Translations under genes and position numbers: made by a program
In this document: positions 28,786 to 29,507 of the stretch, piece after piece
How the letters are laid out: each line of letters starts with the position of its first letter
How positions within the stretch are numbered: position 1 is the first letter of the stretch
Assembly (NCBI GenBank): GCA_034661055.1
Contig: JAYEKO010000083.1
Coordinates: 1 to 29,507 of the forward strand
Source: Campylobacterota bacterium
GTDB taxonomy: Bacteria; Campylobacterota; Campylobacteria; Campylobacterales; Sulfurimonadaceae
Direction: 5' to 3'
DNA: 29,507 nucleotides
Notes under the pieces: model-generated
Seen by the model: only the letters and a program-made list of their open reading frames with translations
Database searches by the model: none
Told to the model about the DNA's origin: nothing

Positions 28786-28834
28786 ATAATTGTCGGTCTG
28801 GTAAATTCTTGGTTTTTCAGGACTGACTAATTAT
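28786..28834 (+). other. Long imperfect hairpin with TTCTTGG loop
   Basis: ATAATT-GTCGGT-CTG-GTAAA [TTCTTGG] TTTTT-CAG-g-ACTGAC-t-AATTAT; about 19 pairs including G-T, two single-base bulges, one mismatch. Confidence 0.6.
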
Positions 28835-28903
28835 GAAGTAATGATGAGTAGTACTTAAATACGTTATAATTTACTTATTAAACTGAAAATTTAGGATTTT
28901 CTA

Positions 28904-29227
28904 ATGCAAGAAACATATAAAATAAACTATAAACGAATTATAAAAGATTGTTTCTGGGATGTAAAAATGACACCTTCAGATGTTGATGCTATTGTTAGTA
29001 GTGGCGATTGGCATAGGAAAACTCTGTTGTTTGAGAAAATTTTATTAAACAGTACTCGTATGCTGGTTGACCTGTCTGTTTTTCAAAAAGATGACTTAAT
29101 ATTGCTAATTGAGGGTTTTAAGGTACCTACGTTTAATTACGATTATATTTTTAGAAGAAAAAATATTGCAGAGGTCTATTTTTTAAATAAGCCACTAGAG
29201 ATTGATGAGCTCAAATGGATAGCATAG
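28904..29227 (+). CDS. Small hypothetical protein, putative antitoxin partner of the downstream nucleotidyltransferase
   Basis: 107 aa, AGGA SD, TATAAT at 28865-28870; N-terminal CFWDV motif reminiscent of DUF6922-like partners; overlaps the toxin start by 13 nt. Confidence 0.6.
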   Translation: MQETYKINYKRIIKDCFWDVKMTPSDVDAIVSSGDWHRKTLLFEKILLNSTRMLVDLSVFQKDDLILLIEGFKVPTFNYDYIFRRKNIAEVYFLNKPLEIDELKWIA

Positions 29228-29507
29228 ACTATAAAAATCTTTATGAACTTCAAGACAAAGTTCTCAATACTGTTTTTGAAGTTGAAAATGAATTTTACTT
29301 GACCGGGGGAACTTGTTTAAGTAGGTTTTATCAAGAAAAAAGATATTCCGATGACCTCGATTTTTTTACCAATAGTTCGCTTAGGTACAGTTTTGCAGTA
29401 AAAAATATTAAAATTGCACTACAAAGAATGTTTAAATTAAGTGTTGAAGTCGAGTCAAAAGATTTTACTAGATTTAAAATAGACGGACTATTGCAAATTG
29501 ACTTTGT
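29215..29507 (+). CDS. AbiEii/AbiGii-family nucleotidyltransferase toxin (5' part, runs off the window)
   Basis: My translation from ATG 29215: MDSIDYKNLYELQDKVLNTVFEVENEFYLTGGTCLSRFYQEKRYSDDLDFF...LLQIDF; GGT and R-x-S-x-D-L-D-F motifs; open to the window end; not in the ORF track. Confidence 0.9.
   Translation, partial: MDSIDYKNLYELQDKVLNTVFEVENEFYLTGGTCLSRFYQEKRYSDDLDFFTNSSLRYSFAVKNIKIALQRMFKLSVEVESKDFTRFKIDGLLQIDF

Noticed and set aside
28727..28815. Two 12-bp repeats as a mini CRISPR array
   Set aside because: Repeats too short, only two copies, a 65-nt gap and no cas genes.
28706..28870. ACGTTATA at 28861-28868 as an attC R' end making the TA pair an integron cassette
   Set aside because: No upstream TAAC R'' box and poor arm pairing; better explained as a -10 box.

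Overview
AT-rich chromosomal window from a Campylobacterota (epsilonproteobacterial) bacterium; gene style and order suggest a Sulfurimonas/Sulfurovum-like organism (inference). About 27 kb is housekeeping: recO, gltB-gltD, an inositol monophosphatase-family gene, accD, thiE, rlmH, dksA, a membrane protein, dusB, cheX-fliN-fliO, a TauE exporter, uvrA, an orphan histidine kinase, an RluA-family synthase, an HDOD protein, polA, a ccsBA fusion and dnaJ. Both ends are accessory DNA. The left end (1-1640) has a beheaded DUF4395-like 3' gene fragment next to a tandem 10-bp repeat (likely integration junction), two integron attC-like remnants around a 15-codon mini-ORF, and a Fic AMPylase gene bracketed by a 24-bp direct repeat (22/24 identical). 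The right end (28612-29507) has two hairpins sharing a 12-mer, then a small FWD-motif gene overlapping an AbiEii-type nucleotidyltransferase toxin that the ORF track missed because it runs off the edge. No tRNA, rRNA, CRISPR array, transposase or integrase was recognised. All family calls come from motif recognition by eye, not database searches.
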